Below are positions 37,976-48,829 of a stretch of DNA of 64,000 bases, piece after piece. The first letter of the stretch is position 1; every line of letters starts with the position of its first letter. Below the pieces are notes generated by a model. It did not search any database. It was not told the origin of the DNA and worked only from the letters and a program-made list of their open reading frames with translations. This stretch comes from Verrucomicrobiota bacterium (GTDB taxonomy: Bacteria; Verrucomicrobiota; Verrucomicrobiia; Limisphaerales; UBA9464). Where the stretch lies: assembly GCA_947471985.1 (NCBI GenBank), contig CANIZL010000008.1, positions 17,352-81,351 on the forward strand, given 5' to 3'. Both the position numbers and the translations under genes were made by a program.

Positions 37976-38857
37976 ATGAAGATCTCCCGGCGCTCCGCCA
38001 TCGCCACCACCGCCACCGGTGCCGCCGCCCTCGCCGCGGCCAGTCTCGAGACCCGCGTCTTCGCTGCCGATCAGGCCAGCGGCGGCAAAGGCCGCATCCA
38101 TCACTCCGTGTGCAAATGGTGCTATCCCAAAGTCGCCCTCGAGGATCTGTGCGTGTTCGCCAAGGCCAACGGACTGGCCTCCATCGAACTCCTCGGCCCC
38201 ACCGAATGGCCCACCCTCGCCAAACACGGGCTGACCTGCGCCATGACCGGCAATCCCACCATTGATGGCCTCGGGGGCATCAACAAGGCGTTCAACCGCC
38301 TCGAGCACCACGACAAGTTGGTCCGGGTCTACAGCGATTACATTCCCCTGGCCGCCAAGGCGGGACTGAAAAACGTCATCTGCTTCTCCGGCAATCGCGA
38401 TTCCCTCGACGACCAAACCGGTCTGCAAAACTGCGCCACCGGTCTCAAGCGCCTCATGAGCGTGTGCGAACAGAACGGCGTCACGCTGGTCATGGAACTC
38501 CTGAACTCCCGCGTCGATCACAAGGATTACATGTGCGACAAATCCGCGTGGGGCGTCGCCCTGTGCCGCGCCATCGGCAGCGAGCGTTTCAAGTTGCTGT
38601 ACGACATCTACCACATGCAGATCATGGAGGGGGATGTCATCGCCACGATCCGCCGCGACCACGCCTACTTCGCGCACTACCACACCGGCGGCGTGCCCGG
38701 ACGCAATGAAATCGACGAGTCCCAGGAACTGCAGTACCCCGCCATCATGCGGGCGATTGTCGACACCAAGTTCACCGGACACGTCGCGCAGGAATTCATC
38801 CCGAAGCGCGATCCACTGACGTCCCTGAAGCAGGGCATCACGATTTGCGACGTGTGA
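37976..38857 (+). CDS. Hydroxypyruvate isomerase (Hyi)-family TIM-barrel protein with Tat leader
   Basis: SRRSA leader, ICFSGNR, ELLNS.VDHKDY, LLYDIYHMQIMEGD, HYHTGGVPGRNE and QEFIP. Confidence 0.9.
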   Translation: MKISRRSAIATTATGAAALAAASLETRVFAADQASGGKGRIHHSVCKWCYPKVALEDLCVFAKANGLASIELLGPTEWPTLAKHGLTCAMTGNPTIDGLGGINKAFNRLEHHDKLVRVYSDYIPLAAKAGLKNVICFSGNRDSLDDQTGLQNCATGLKRLMSVCEQNGVTLVMELLNSRVDHKDYMCDKSAWGVALCRAIGSERFKLLYDIYHMQIMEGDVIATIRRDHAYFAHYHTGGVPGRNEIDESQELQYPAIMRAIVDTKFTGHVAQEFIPKRDPLTSLKQGITICDV

Positions 38858-38878
38858 TCCGCCGGGTGGGGCCGGCGT

Positions 38879-40516
38879 CTACGCTTCGCGCCACCGCTGC
38901 GCGACCGGGATGCGCCGGCCCACACCGAACGCCTTCGTGGTGATCTTGAGTCCCGGCGCCGCCTGGCGGCGCTTGTACTCCGCCCCGTCGATCAAACGCA
39001 CCACCCGGCGAACGTCCGCCTCGGTGTGACCCGATTGCTGAATTTCCCCCGGCGACTGCTGCTTCACCACGTAGCGCTCCAGGATGTCATCCAGGATTTC
39101 GTACGCGGGCAGACTGTCCTGATCCGTCTGGTTGGGCCGCAATTCGGCACTCGGCGGTTTGGTGAGGCTCGCGGACGGAATGATTTCCGTGGTGCGATTG
39201 ATCCACCGGGCCAACCGGTATACCAAAGTCTTGGGCACGTCGCTGATCACCGCCAACCCGCCGCACATGTCGCCGTACAACGTGCAATATCCCACGGCCA
39301 GCTCGGACTTGTTGCCGGTGGTGAGCAACAGCGAACCGAACTTGTTCGACATCGCCATGAGCAGCACCCCCCGCAAGCGGGCCTGGATATTCTCCTCGGT
39401 CGTGTCTTCCGCGCGCCCGGCAAACACCGACTGCAATTGTTCGCGGACGGCATTGAAGGGGCTTTCGATCGCCACGACGTCGTAGCCAATGCCCAGGTTC
39501 TGCGCCAAAACGCGGGCGTCGTCCAAACTGCCGCTGGAACTGTAGCGGGACGGCAGGGACAACCCGCGGACGTTCTCCGACCCCAGCGCCGCGGCGGCCA
39601 GCACCGCCACCACGGCGGAATCAATGCCGCCGCTCAAACCCAGCACCGCTTTCTTAAAACCACATTTGTGCAGGTAATCGCGCGTGCCCGTGACGAGGGC
39701 GAGATAGACCAACTCCTCGTCCTCCAACTTCCGCGCGGTCGAACCGCCAGGTGTGGTCGTATCCACCACGCGAAAATCCGGCGCGAACGCCGCCGCTTCG
39801 GCGAGCAATCCGCCGCCGGCATTGAAGACCAGGCTCTGTCCGTCGAAAATCAGCTCATCATTTCCCCCCACCGCATTGCAATAGACCACCGGGCGGGCGG
39901 TCTTGCGGGCCAGACTGGCCAGCATCGCGTGCCGGGTGCGCTCCTTGCCCAGGTGCCAGGGTGAGGCGGAGAGATTGAAGAGCACCTCCGCCCCCGCGGC
40001 CGCCAGCGTCACCGCCGGGTTGGGTCGATACCGCCGCTCGGACCAGAAGTCCTCATCATTCCACACGTCCTCGCAAATGGTCAGCCCCAGCTTGCGGCCG
40101 TTGAAAACCACGGGGGCATTCTCCACCGCCGGTTCAAAATAACGGTCTTCATCAAAGACATCGTACGTGGGCAGCAACGTTTTGGTCCGCACCGCCTGCA
40201 CCTGTCCGTTCTGGAGCAAGGCCACGGCGTTGGTGACCTCGCGCCCCGGACGGCGCTCGTTCCGACCCACAAATCCCACCAGCAATCCCACGCTGCCCGT
40301 GGCCGCCGCGAGGCGTTGCAAGGCGGATTCATTTGCCGCCAGAAAGGCCGGGCGCAACAGCAGATCCCGCGGCGGATATCCGCACACGCCCAACTCCGGC
40401 GTGACCACCAATTCCACCCCCGCCTCGACACCGCGTCGGTAGTCCGACAGCAGCGCCGCTTCGTTGCCGGAAAAATCCCCAATGACCGGGTTCAGTTGAG
40501 CGACCGCAATGCGCAT
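38879..40516 (-). CDS. nadE: Glutamine-dependent NAD+ synthetase
   Basis: Nitrilase domain (PEL, K.LLP.YDVFDE.RYF, ICED) and synthase motifs GLSGGIDS, ENIQAR.RG, TGNKSE and PPSAELRP.Q.D. Confidence 0.96.
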   Translation of the reverse strand: MRIAVAQLNPVIGDFSGNEAALLSDYRRGVEAGVELVVTPELGVCGYPPRDLLLRPAFLAANESALQRLAAATGSVGLLVGFVGRNERRPGREVTNAVALLQNGQVQAVRTKTLLPTYDVFDEDRYFEPAVENAPVVFNGRKLGLTICEDVWNDEDFWSERRYRPNPAVTLAAAGAEVLFNLSASPWHLGKERTRHAMLASLARKTARPVVYCNAVGGNDELIFDGQSLVFNAGGGLLAEAAAFAPDFRVVDTTTPGGSTARKLEDEELVYLALVTGTRDYLHKCGFKKAVLGLSGGIDSAVVAVLAAAALGSENVRGLSLPSRYSSSGSLDDARVLAQNLGIGYDVVAIESPFNAVREQLQSVFAGRAEDTTEENIQARLRGVLLMAMSNKFGSLLLTTGNKSELAVGYCTLYGDMCGGLAVISDVPKTLVYRLARWINRTTEIIPSASLTKPPSAELRPNQTDQDSLPAYEILDDILERYVVKQQSPGEIQQSGHTEADVRRVVRLIDGAEYKRRQAAPGLKITTKAFGVGRRIPVAQRWREA

Positions 40517-40529
40517 GGCTTCGTCGGGC

Positions 40530-41153
40530 TCAGCGTCCCAAAAAGGTTTCCTTCAACCCACCCCGGGTCGTCATCACCAACGTGCCGGGTCCCAGACTGT
40601 GCTTCGCAAAATAGTCCGGCGCCGTCTCCAACACGAACTGCACCCGGTCCGACTTCGCCGGCACAGGCGTACGATCCTGCGCCTTGAGCCGGACGATTTC
40701 CAGGATCACGCCCTCCGGATTGATGTAGGCCACATCGATGTCAAAGCTGACATTCTTCATGTAAAAGGCCGGTTGATGGGGCGCGCCAAACAGGAACAAC
40801 ATGCCCTCCTCGGGGCCAATGCCCGCACGAAACATGAGACCGGTGGCGATCTGGGGAGTGGTGCTGCACACCTCGGCATCCATTTCAAAAGCCCCCAGGC
40901 GCAATCGAGTGGTGGGCAGCTTCGGCTGGGCGTAGGACAGGTGGTACACCGGACCATCGTCGGCCGGCGCGGGCTTGGTGGTGGCCGGGGGATTCACGCC
41001 CGCTGGTGAGCTCGCGGCATTGGAGCCGGCCGCCCCGCCCGCCGCGGCCTTGCCCGACAACGATGCCCCGGGATCTCCCCCGCAGCCGACGGCCAGAAGG
41101 AGACTGACCAGCGCGGCCCACTGATGCGGGCGGCGTTTCCATGAACCATTCAC
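40530..41153 (-). CDS. DUF192 family lipoprotein
   Basis: Lipobox LAVGC, then GLMFR...EGMLF...FYMKN...DVAYI...VLE. GTG start inferred. Confidence 0.82.
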   Translation of the reverse strand: MNGSWKRRPHQWAALVSLLLAVGCGGDPGASLSGKAAAGGAAGSNAASSPAGVNPPATTKPAPADDGPVYHLSYAQPKLPTTRLRLGAFEMDAEVCSTTPQIATGLMFRAGIGPEEGMLFLFGAPHQPAFYMKNVSFDIDVAYINPEGVILEIVRLKAQDRTPVPAKSDRVQFVLETAPDYFAKHSLGPGTLVMTTRGGLKETFLGR

Positions 41154-41260
41154 CTGCGCACGCTCGCGGTTCGCGCGGCCACGGGCAAACCCGTTACTTA
41201 TCGGCCAACCGGCCCCGCGACCCGCAAAAAAACGCCGGCTCAACGATTCGTTTCGGGCAC

Positions 41261-41285
41261 AAAAAAGGCCCGGAAATACCGGGCT
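41261..41285 (-). terminator. Probable intrinsic terminator
   Basis: GCCCGG-aaata-CCGGGC hairpin followed by a U6 run on the minus strand, just after the stop at 41316. Confidence 0.5.
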
Positions 41286-41315
41286 CAAAACGTCATTCCA
41301 CCGACCGCAACTGCT

Positions 41316-41549
41316 TCAGCGGCTCCCGAAACCACCCTCGCGGTTCTGCCGCGCGCTGCGCCAGCCCGAACGGTGATGCGTAATCCAATCCATCAAGGCC
41401 GCGTCGAAACCAACATCCCGCCCCGCCTTTTCCGATTCCAGCCATTTGTGCCGGAGGATCTCCTCGCGCTCGGCCAAAAATTCCCGATAAAGCGTTGTAT
41501 TCTGCAACAACGCCTGCGCTTCCCGCTGCGATTCCGTGTCGTTTACCAT
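41316..41549 (-). CDS. Small DUF4032-like protein
   Basis: LYREFLAEREEILRHKWLESEKAGRDVGF..A..DW...H...WR. Confidence 0.78.
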   Translation of the reverse strand: MVNDTESQREAQALLQNTTLYREFLAEREEILRHKWLESEKAGRDVGFDAALMDWITHHRSGWRSARQNREGGFGSR

Positions 41550-41677
41550 ACGATCGGGAAACAATCCCGTGGGGAACCGTACCCCGCATCCTTGCGGAGT
41601 AAACCGCATTTCGCGGCGGACGACACCCCGACACCCATCAGCTTGTCCCCGCGCCCCGCACCCGCCACCGTACACGG

Positions 41678-42163
41678 ATGTCCTCAAGGGACAAGATCCT
41701 CACCCGCGCCGCCCTGCCTGCCTGGCGACGAGCCCTCCGGCTCGCCGGCCGCCGGCTCGTCGTGACCAACGGTTGCTTCGATCTGCTCCACGCCGGACAT
41801 GTTGCCTATCTCGAAGCCGCCCGCGCCACGGGCGACGCCCTCCTCATCGGCCTCAATGGCGATGATTCCGTCCGGCAATTGAAGGGCGCCGACCGACCGG
41901 TGGTCCCCGAGGACGACCGGGCCGCGGTGCTCGCCGGCCTCGCCGCCGTCGACGCCGTCTGCATTTTTCCCGAGGTGCGCGCCCATCATTTTCTCGCTTT
42001 AGCCGAGCCGGATATCTACGTGAAGGGCGGTGACTACACCCTCGACACCCTCAACTCCGACGAACGACGTGCCGTCGAAAACGCCGGTGGGAGGATCGAA
42101 TTCATCCCTTTCCTGCCGGGTCGATCCACGACCGGGCTGCTGGCCAAACTTCAAAAATTATGA
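41678..42163 (+). CDS. Heptose-1-phosphate adenylyltransferase (RfaE2/HldC-like cytidyltransferase family)
   Basis: TNGCFDLLHAGHV.YL, GLN.D.SV..LKG..RP, VKGGDY and STT. Confidence 0.9.
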   Translation: MSSRDKILTRAALPAWRRALRLAGRRLVVTNGCFDLLHAGHVAYLEAARATGDALLIGLNGDDSVRQLKGADRPVVPEDDRAAVLAGLAAVDAVCIFPEVRAHHFLALAEPDIYVKGGDYTLDTLNSDERRAVENAGGRIEFIPFLPGRSTTGLLAKLQKL

Positions 42164-42519
42164 GTACCTCCACCCCACCCGCCCCCGTGGCGCTGCCCCC
42201 GCTTTCCAATCGTGAAATCCGCGACCTGAAGGGCCGGGCGCAACGCCTGAACGCCGTCACCAAGCTCGGCAAAGGCGGCATGAGCGACGAATTCATCACC
42301 GGAGTGGATCGGGAACTCACCCATCACGGGCTCATCAAGGTCAAGCTCACGGAACTCAAGGAACAGCGTTTCGAGGTGGCGGAACAGATCGCCGCCCGGA
42401 CGCAGTGCTACCTGATCGGCGTCATCGGCCACGTCGTGGTGCTCTACCGTCCCAAGCCCGAGCCCGCCGCCGCCGCGGCCACGGCGGTTCGCCCGTCCGC
42501 GCGGGCGGAAAAGCGCTAG
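42160..42519 (+). CDS. yhbY: YhbY/CRM RNA-binding protein
   Basis: L..RA..L...GK.G...L..H.LIKVK...IG...VLYR. Confidence 0.88.
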   Translation: MSTSTPPAPVALPPLSNREIRDLKGRAQRLNAVTKLGKGGMSDEFITGVDRELTHHGLIKVKLTELKEQRFEVAEQIAARTQCYLIGVIGHVVVLYRPKPEPAAAAATAVRPSARAEKR

Positions 42520-42552
42520 GCGCCGCCCGGGGTGCGGGCACCCAACCGCGCG

Positions 42553-43116
42553 CTACGCCACCGCGGAGTCCGTCGACGGATACACTCCCGCCTTGGTCTC
42601 CACCCAGCGGGCGAGCAACCACAGCAGGTCACTGAGGCGATTGAGGAAAATGAGAATCTCGGGATTGGGATTCTCCCCCGCGTCGCCCAGGGCGTGTACG
42701 CGGCGTTCCGCCCGTCGACACGTTGTCCGCGCCACATCCAATGCGGCCGACAGCAGTGTGCCCCCGGGGGTGGCCCAACCCTGGTAGGAAATTTTCTGCG
42801 CTTCCACCTCCATGACCAGCCCGTCCAACCGGGCCGTCAACTCCGGGGTCACCACTCGAAATCCGTCCTTGAGATACCGTTCCAGGTCCCCCGGGGCCGT
42901 GGCGAGCTCGCCCATGAGAATCACCAGATCCTGCTGGATCGCCAACAGGCGCACCGGCAGCCACGGATCGCCGGCCTGCGCCCGCGCCAGGCCGAGGGCC
43001 GCGTTTAATTCGTCGACGCTGCCGTAGGCCTCCACCCGCGGGTGCGATTTCGCCACCCGCCGATTGTACATCAAGCCTGTTGTCCCCTGATCCCCGGTAC
43101 GCGTCACAATGCTCAT
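42553..43116 (-). CDS. PduO-type ATP:cob(I)alamin adenosyltransferase
   Basis: IVTRTGDQGTT, RVEAYGSVDELNA, ART.CRRAER and LNRLSD.L..LAR. Confidence 0.93.
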   Translation of the reverse strand: MSIVTRTGDQGTTGLMYNRRVAKSHPRVEAYGSVDELNAALGLARAQAGDPWLPVRLLAIQQDLVILMGELATAPGDLERYLKDGFRVVTPELTARLDGLVMEVEAQKISYQGWATPGGTLLSAALDVARTTCRRAERRVHALGDAGENPNPEILIFLNRLSDLLWLLARWVETKAGVYPSTDSAVA

Positions 43117-43222
43117 CCGGCGGGCAGGATGGCCGCAATCGCCAAAAAAGCGAATGCCAGACTTTGCGTCCGCCAGCAGGGACTGTTCCCAACTGGCGAA
43201 CGCACACTTCAACGCGGGTGCA

Positions 43223-44521
43223 TCAGGGCTTTTCCAGCCGCACCGCCGCCGACCGGCCGTGGGCGTCCAGCCCCTCCAACTGCGCGAACATCTGCACGGC
43301 TTTCAACGCCTTTTTCAACGCTGGCCGGGTGTACTCCACCACACTCGTGCGACGCTGGAATTGATCCACCGTCAACCCCGCGAAGCTCGCGCCAGCCCCA
43401 CCCGTGGGCAGCGTGTGACTCGGGCCCGCCACGTAATCGCCGAGGACCGTCGGCGAATCACCGCCCAGGAAAATCGCGCCGGAGGTTAACAACCCCTCAC
43501 TCAACGAACGCGCCTGACGGGTCATGACTTCGCAGTGCTCCGGCGCCAAACGATTCGCCAATGCCACCGCCGCAGCCAGATCGGGCACCTGAATCAGCCA
43601 GCCGTTCGCGGCCAGCGCCTTCTCGATGTACTCGCGCCGTCCCAGCTTCGGCAACTGCTTTGCCATCGCCTTCTGCACCGCCGTGATCAGCGTCTTCGAA
43701 GGCGTCAGCATCCACACCCGTTCGTGCCCGGATCCGTGCTCCGCCTGCGCCAGCAAATCGGCCGCAATATTCTCCGGTTTCGCCGTGTCGTCGGCAATCA
43801 CACAGACCTCGCTGGGACCGGGCAGCAGATCGATCGCCACATGCCCGACCAACAGGCGCTTCGCCGCCACCACGTAGGCGTTGCCCGGCCCAAACACCTT
43901 CTGCACCCGGCCGATGGTCGCTGTCCCGAGGGACATCGCCGCCACCGCCTGGGCCCCGCCCACCTTGTAAATTTCCGTCGCCCCCGCCGTATTCGCCGCG
44001 AACAGCAATGCCGGATTCACCGAGCCATCGCGTCCGGGCGGCGTGCACACCACGATCTCCGGACAGCCCGCCACCTGCGCGAGCGTGATGGTCATCAGGG
44101 CCGTCGATACCAGCGGGGCCGTGCCTCCCGGGATGTAAATGCCGACGCGAGTGAAGGGATCGAACTTTTCCCCCACGGACGCCCCGTGGGAATTGCGCGC
44201 CGACCAGCCCCGCCGACGCGACCGGCGGGCGAACGCCGCAATGTTCTTGTGCGCCTCGCTCACCGCCGCCCGCAATGCCGGCGTGGCGGCCAGGGACGCG
44301 CCCAAAAGTTCCGCCGACGTCACCCGTTGCTCGTCCGGTGCCAATTTCGCGCCATCGAAGCGCTCGGTGAGTTCGCCCAGAGCCGTATCCCCCCGCGCCC
44401 GGACGTCGTCCAGGATGGTGCGCGTACGGGCATCAATGACGGGGTCAAACAGCGACGACGCCCCGAGCGCCCGCTCAATTTGCGCGGCGAAATCCGGGTC
44501 CGTGTGGCGAACGATGTTCAT
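43223..44521 (-). CDS. hisD: Histidinol dehydrogenase
   Basis: GIYIPGG, GGAQAVAA, GPGNAYV, GPSE, AQAEH, APEH and GDYVAGPSHTLPT. True start at ATG 44521. Confidence 0.95.
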   Translation of the reverse strand: MNIVRHTDPDFAAQIERALGASSLFDPVIDARTRTILDDVRARGDTALGELTERFDGAKLAPDEQRVTSAELLGASLAATPALRAAVSEAHKNIAAFARRSRRRGWSARNSHGASVGEKFDPFTRVGIYIPGGTAPLVSTALMTITLAQVAGCPEIVVCTPPGRDGSVNPALLFAANTAGATEIYKVGGAQAVAAMSLGTATIGRVQKVFGPGNAYVVAAKRLLVGHVAIDLLPGPSEVCVIADDTAKPENIAADLLAQAEHGSGHERVWMLTPSKTLITAVQKAMAKQLPKLGRREYIEKALAANGWLIQVPDLAAAVALANRLAPEHCEVMTRQARSLSEGLLTSGAIFLGGDSPTVLGDYVAGPSHTLPTGGAGASFAGLTVDQFQRRTSVVEYTRPALKKALKAVQMFAQLEGLDAHGRSAAVRLEKP

Positions 44522-44638
44522 GCGAACGCACCCTAGGCGATTGATCTTCCCCCGCAACGTGAGGAGTGGCCCCCTTCCGCCCAGCCCCCACTCCACACTC
44601 GCCATCGGCGTTTTCCCTGACACCTTGCGCACGCAATC

Positions 44639-46075
44639 ATGGAATATGAAGCGGTGATCGGTCTGGAAACACACGTCCAGCTCAAGACAAAGTCCAAGAT
44701 GTGGTGCGGCTGCGCCAACGCCTTTGGCTCGGACCCCAACACGAACGTGTGCCCCGTGTGCCTCGGCCTGCCCGGCGTGCTGCCCGTCGCCAACGAGGAG
44801 GCCCTCCGGCTCACCGTGCTCACCGGCTGCCTGTTGAACTGCGAGATCCCGCGCTTCGCCAAGTTCGATCGCAAAAACTATTTTTACCCCGATTCCCCCA
44901 AGAATTACCAGGTCACCCAGTACGACCGCCCCAGCACCAGCCAGGGCTGGATGGAGTTTGAGTACGATGGCCCGGAGGCCGTGAACGGTCTCGCCCGCGT
45001 CCGGATCACCCGGGCGCATCTGGAGGAGGACGTCGGCAAATCGACGCACTTCGATCGGCACAGCGGCGTGGATTTCAACCGGGCGGGTGTGCCGCTCCTG
45101 GAAATCGTTTCCGAGCCCGACCTGCGTGGTCCCGAGATGGCGTATGCTTATCTCAAAGCGCTCACCGACATCCTGCATCGCGGGGGTATTTCCGATTGCG
45201 ATCTCGAAAAGGGCATGGTGCGCTGCGACGTGAACATCAGCGTGCGGCCCAAGGGTGAGGAGAAGCTGGGCGCCAAGATCGAGATCAAAAACATGAACTC
45301 CTTCTCCGGCGTCCGCCGCGCGTTGGAGTACGAAATCCCCCGTCAGATCGCGGCGGTGCAGCGCGGCGAAAAGCTCCGCCAGGAAACCCGGCGCTGGGAT
45401 GACGTCGCCGGCATCACCGAACCGATGCGCTCCAAGGAAGACGCGCACGATTACCGGTACTTTCCCGAGCCCGACCTCATGCCCTTCGCGCCCACGGACA
45501 CCTGGCTGGCCGAGATCCGCACCCGCGTGGTCGAATTGCCCCTGGCCCGCAAGCAGCGGTTCATGCAGACGTACGCCCTCCCCTCCGGCGATGCCGAGGT
45601 CTTCCGCGACAATCGGCCGCTGGCGGATTTCTTCGAAGCCGCTGTTCCCGGCGCCCGCAATCCCAAGGCGATTGCCAATTTCGTCATCAACAATCTTCAG
45701 GCGAAACTCTCCGAGAATCTCGCCGGCACGGATTCCGTGAAGTTCTCCCCGCCCGATCTCCGGGCCCTGGTGGAGTTGATCGAGTCCGGTCAGATCAGCT
45801 CCAAGATCGCCCAGGAAGTCTTCGCGGAAATGTACGCCACCGGCACCGCGCCGGGGACCATCGTGCAGCAAAAGGGTCTGGCCCAGGTCAGCGACACCGG
45901 CGCCATCGAGCAACTCGCTGACGAAGTCATTGCCGCAAACCCCGGACCCGCTGCGGATTTCCGCAACGGCAAACCGGCCGCCCTGAATTTCCTGAAGGGT
46001 CAGTTGATGAAGCTGTCGAAGGGCAAAGCGAACCCCGCCCTCGCCGGGGAAATCCTGCAGCGCAAATTGAGCTGA
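44639..46075 (+). CDS. gatB: Asp-tRNA(Asn)/Glu-tRNA(Gln) amidotransferase subunit B
   Basis: IGLETHVQL, FDRKNYFYPD.PK.YQ, HLEED.GK, DFNRAGVPLLEIV, EIKNMNSF and DYRYFPEPDL. Confidence 0.97.
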   Translation: MEYEAVIGLETHVQLKTKSKMWCGCANAFGSDPNTNVCPVCLGLPGVLPVANEEALRLTVLTGCLLNCEIPRFAKFDRKNYFYPDSPKNYQVTQYDRPSTSQGWMEFEYDGPEAVNGLARVRITRAHLEEDVGKSTHFDRHSGVDFNRAGVPLLEIVSEPDLRGPEMAYAYLKALTDILHRGGISDCDLEKGMVRCDVNISVRPKGEEKLGAKIEIKNMNSFSGVRRALEYEIPRQIAAVQRGEKLRQETRRWDDVAGITEPMRSKEDAHDYRYFPEPDLMPFAPTDTWLAEIRTRVVELPLARKQRFMQTYALPSGDAEVFRDNRPLADFFEAAVPGARNPKAIANFVINNLQAKLSENLAGTDSVKFSPPDLRALVELIESGQISSKIAQEVFAEMYATGTAPGTIVQQKGLAQVSDTGAIEQLADEVIAANPGPAADFRNGKPAALNFLKGQLMKLSKGKANPALAGEILQRKLS

Positions 46076-46091
46076 CGCGCGGCCGGTCCGG

Positions 46092-47582
46092 TCAGTCGGG
46101 CGTTTGCCACTGCTTCGCCCGACCCAGCGCCTTTTTCCAGCCGGCCGTCCGACGCGTCCGGTCCGCGGGTTTCATGGCGGGTTGGAAGCGGCGGTCCATC
46201 TGCCATTGCGTGGCGATCTCCGCCCGGCTCTTCCAAAAGCCCACCGCCAATCCCGCCAGATACGCCGCGCCGAGGGCGGTCGTCTCAGAAACCTTGGGGC
46301 GGGCCACTGGGACCTTCAGCAAGTCGGCCTGAAATTGCAGCAACAGATTGTTCAGGCTCGCTCCGCCATCCACCCGGAGTTCCCGCAACCGGATCCCCGC
46401 GTCGGCCTCCATCGCGTGCAAAATGTCCGCCACCTGGAAGGCGATGCCTTCCAACGCGGCCCGGGCGATGTGCGCCGCCGAGCTCCCGCGCGTCAGCCCC
46501 ACCAGCGTGCCCCGCGCATACGGATCCCAATGCGGCGCCCCGAGTCCGGCAAAGGCCGGCACCAGATAAACGCCACCGGTGTCCGGCACCGAGGCCGCCA
46601 GGGCTTCCACGTCCGCCGACGTCCGAATGATTCCCAGTCCGTCCCGCAACCACTGCACCACGGCACCGGCAATGAACACGCTACCTTCGAGCGCGTACTC
46701 GATGTCGGGACCAATCCGCCACGCCACCGTCGTCAGCAGATTGTTCTTCGAGGGAATCGGTTTCTTCCCGGTGTGCATCAGCATGAAACAGCCGGTGCCG
46801 TAGGTGTTTTTCACCATGCCCGGTTGCGTGCACATCTGACCAAACAACGCCGCCTGTTGATCGCCCGCAATTCCCGCGATCGGGATCGGGGGCGAGAACG
46901 ATTCCGCCTGGCCGTAAACCTCACTGGAACTCCGCACCTCGGGCAGCATCGAGCGGGGAATCCCAAAAATCTCCAGCAGCGAATCATCCCAGTCCCCGGT
47001 CTTGAGATTGCACAGCATGGTGCGCGACGCGTTGCTGACGTCGGTCACATGCACCCGGCCGCCGGTGAGCTTCCAGATGAGCCACGTGTCAATCGTCCCA
47101 AACGCGAGCTTCCCGGCCTTCGCTCGCTTCCGCGCACCAGGCACATGCTGCAGGATCCACTGCACCTTCGTGGCGGAAAAATAGGCATCGAGTACCAGGC
47201 CCGTCTTGCGCCGGATCGCCGCCGCCAGGCCGCGACGCTTCAGTTGATCACAAATCCCTGCGGTGCGCCGGTCCTGCCACACAATGGCCGGACAGATGGG
47301 TTCGCCGGTTTCGCGATCCCAGACGACAGTGGTTTCGCGCTGATTGGTGATGCCGATGGCCGCCACATCCGCCGGTCCAATCCCCGCCCGCGCCAGGGCT
47401 TCGATGGCCACGCCGGACTGCGTCGCCCAGATCTCGTTGGCGTCGTGCTCGACCCAGCCCGGTCGCGGATAAAACTGCTGAAACTCCTTCTGAGCGACCG
47501 CGATGATCGATCCGGCGTGATCAAAAAGGATGGCCCGGGAACTCGTCGTGCCCTGATCCAGGGCGAGGATGTACTGCTTCAT
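46092..47582 (-). CDS. glpK: Glycerol kinase
   Basis: [44 protein letters not shown] and ETTALGAA. Confidence 0.97.
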   Translation of the reverse strand: MKQYILALDQGTTSSRAILFDHAGSIIAVAQKEFQQFYPRPGWVEHDANEIWATQSGVAIEALARAGIGPADVAAIGITNQRETTVVWDRETGEPICPAIVWQDRRTAGICDQLKRRGLAAAIRRKTGLVLDAYFSATKVQWILQHVPGARKRAKAGKLAFGTIDTWLIWKLTGGRVHVTDVSNASRTMLCNLKTGDWDDSLLEIFGIPRSMLPEVRSSSEVYGQAESFSPPIPIAGIAGDQQAALFGQMCTQPGMVKNTYGTGCFMLMHTGKKPIPSKNNLLTTVAWRIGPDIEYALEGSVFIAGAVVQWLRDGLGIIRTSADVEALAASVPDTGGVYLVPAFAGLGAPHWDPYARGTLVGLTRGSSAAHIARAALEGIAFQVADILHAMEADAGIRLRELRVDGGASLNNLLLQFQADLLKVPVARPKVSETTALGAAYLAGLAVGFWKSRAEIATQWQMDRRFQPAMKPADRTRRTAGWKKALGRAKQWQTPD

Positions 47583-47588
47583 GGCGGA

Positions 47589-48317
47589 TTATTTCGTCAG
47601 CAATTGATACGTGAAAGCTCCGAGCACGCCCCCAATGATCGGCCCCACAACCGGAATCCAGGCATAGGGCCAATCGGATCCGCCCTTGCCGGCGATCGGC
47701 AACAACGCGTGCATCAGACGCGGTCCGAGATCGCGCGCCGGATTGATCGCATAACCAGTCGGTCCACCGAGGGAAACCCCGAGGCCCCAGACGAGCAGAC
47801 CCACCAGGCAGGGACCAAAGCCGGTGGCGAACCCGGAATTCGGCAGCAGGTTTTTGGGCGATGTGATCGCCATGCCGCCGAGAACGAGGACAAAAGTACC
47901 GATGATCTCGGTGAGCAGATTCGCCGGCGCATTCCGAATGGCCGGAGCCGTGCAGAAGACGCCCAGTTTCGCCCCGGCATCCTCGGTCGGCCGCCAGTGC
48001 GGCAAATAAGCCAGCCAGACCAACAGCGCCCCCAACATGGCGCCCAGCATCTGCGCGGCGACATACGTCGGGACATTGGCCCACTCGAATTTGCCCACCA
48101 TCGCCAGTGCGATCGTGAACGCCGGATTCAAATGCCCGCCACTGGCCGCGTTGGCGGTGAAGATGCCCACCGTGACGGCAAAGGCCCAGCCGGCGGTAAT
48201 GACAATCCAACCAGAGTTCTGCCCTTTCGAGCGGGCCAGCAGGACATTGGCGACGACGCCATCGCCCAGGACGATGAGCAGCATGGTACCGATGAGTTCG
48301 GCGGTAAACGGAGTCAT
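47589..48317 (-). CDS. glpF: Glycerol uptake facilitator (MIP channel)
   Basis: Two NPA motifs (SGGHLNPA and GYAINPARD). Directly upstream of glpK. Confidence 0.93.
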   Translation of the reverse strand: MTPFTAELIGTMLLIVLGDGVVANVLLARSKGQNSGWIVITAGWAFAVTVGIFTANAASGGHLNPAFTIALAMVGKFEWANVPTYVAAQMLGAMLGALLVWLAYLPHWRPTEDAGAKLGVFCTAPAIRNAPANLLTEIIGTFVLVLGGMAITSPKNLLPNSGFATGFGPCLVGLLVWGLGVSLGGPTGYAINPARDLGPRLMHALLPIAGKGGSDWPYAWIPVVGPIIGGVLGAFTYQLLTK

Positions 48318-48549
48318 GGGTTAGTGAAAGGAAAGCAGGGACGGGGAAACGCCGACGAGAGTACGCCGGGGGGTGTGATGACCAGGCCAGAGCAGGATCA
48401 CGCGACAAGTGGGGAACGCGCTCAGGCTATGCCACGACTCGCGACGGTCCAATCTGGATTTCCCGGAACAACGCTCCGGAGTGTGGGACAAAAATCTTCC
48501 AGTCGTCGCCTAGGCAAGAGCGAGGGAGGGTATCAGCATGGCTGACGAG

Positions 48550-48740
48550 CCGGTGCCAAAACGGCACCACCCCCACCAACACCGTGCCAGGTTCACTGCC
48601 GCGTGAAAGTGGTACCACGCTCTCTATCCCCCTGCGCGCCAGATTGGGTGCCAGGTTCACTGATCGGCAGCCCGCCCGATATCGTACCAGGCTCCATATC
48701 TCCGGTCGTCCCACGGATACCGTGTCTGGCTCGGTATAAA
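48550..48740 (+). repeat. Left array of six degenerate ~18-bp quasi-palindromic repeats next to the RAYT
   Basis: Units at about 48551 (CGGTGCCAAAACGG), 48583 (CGTGCCAGGTTCACTG), 48611 (GGTACCACGCTCTCTATC), 48647 (GGTGCCAGGTTCACTG), 48683 (CGTACCAGGCTCCATATC) and 48721 (CGTGTCTGGCTCGGTAT). Period 28-38 bp. Confidence 0.7.
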
Positions 48741-48829
48741 AAAGTCTGTAACTCCGTCCCGAATTCTTCGTAGCAGGGTGTGGAACCCCGCCCCGTTGGG
48801 TGGGGACCGCAAACACGACGGAGAACAAC

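Noticed and set aside
44522-45913. Apparent 464-aa N-terminal extension of HisD
   Set aside because: It is the antisense of gatB read through in frame. HisD homology starts at ATG 44521.
48550-48740. CRISPR interpretation of the repeat array beside the RAYT
   Set aside because: The repeats are short and degenerate, the spacers are only about 10-20 bp, there are no cas genes, and inverted copies lie on the far side of the transposase.
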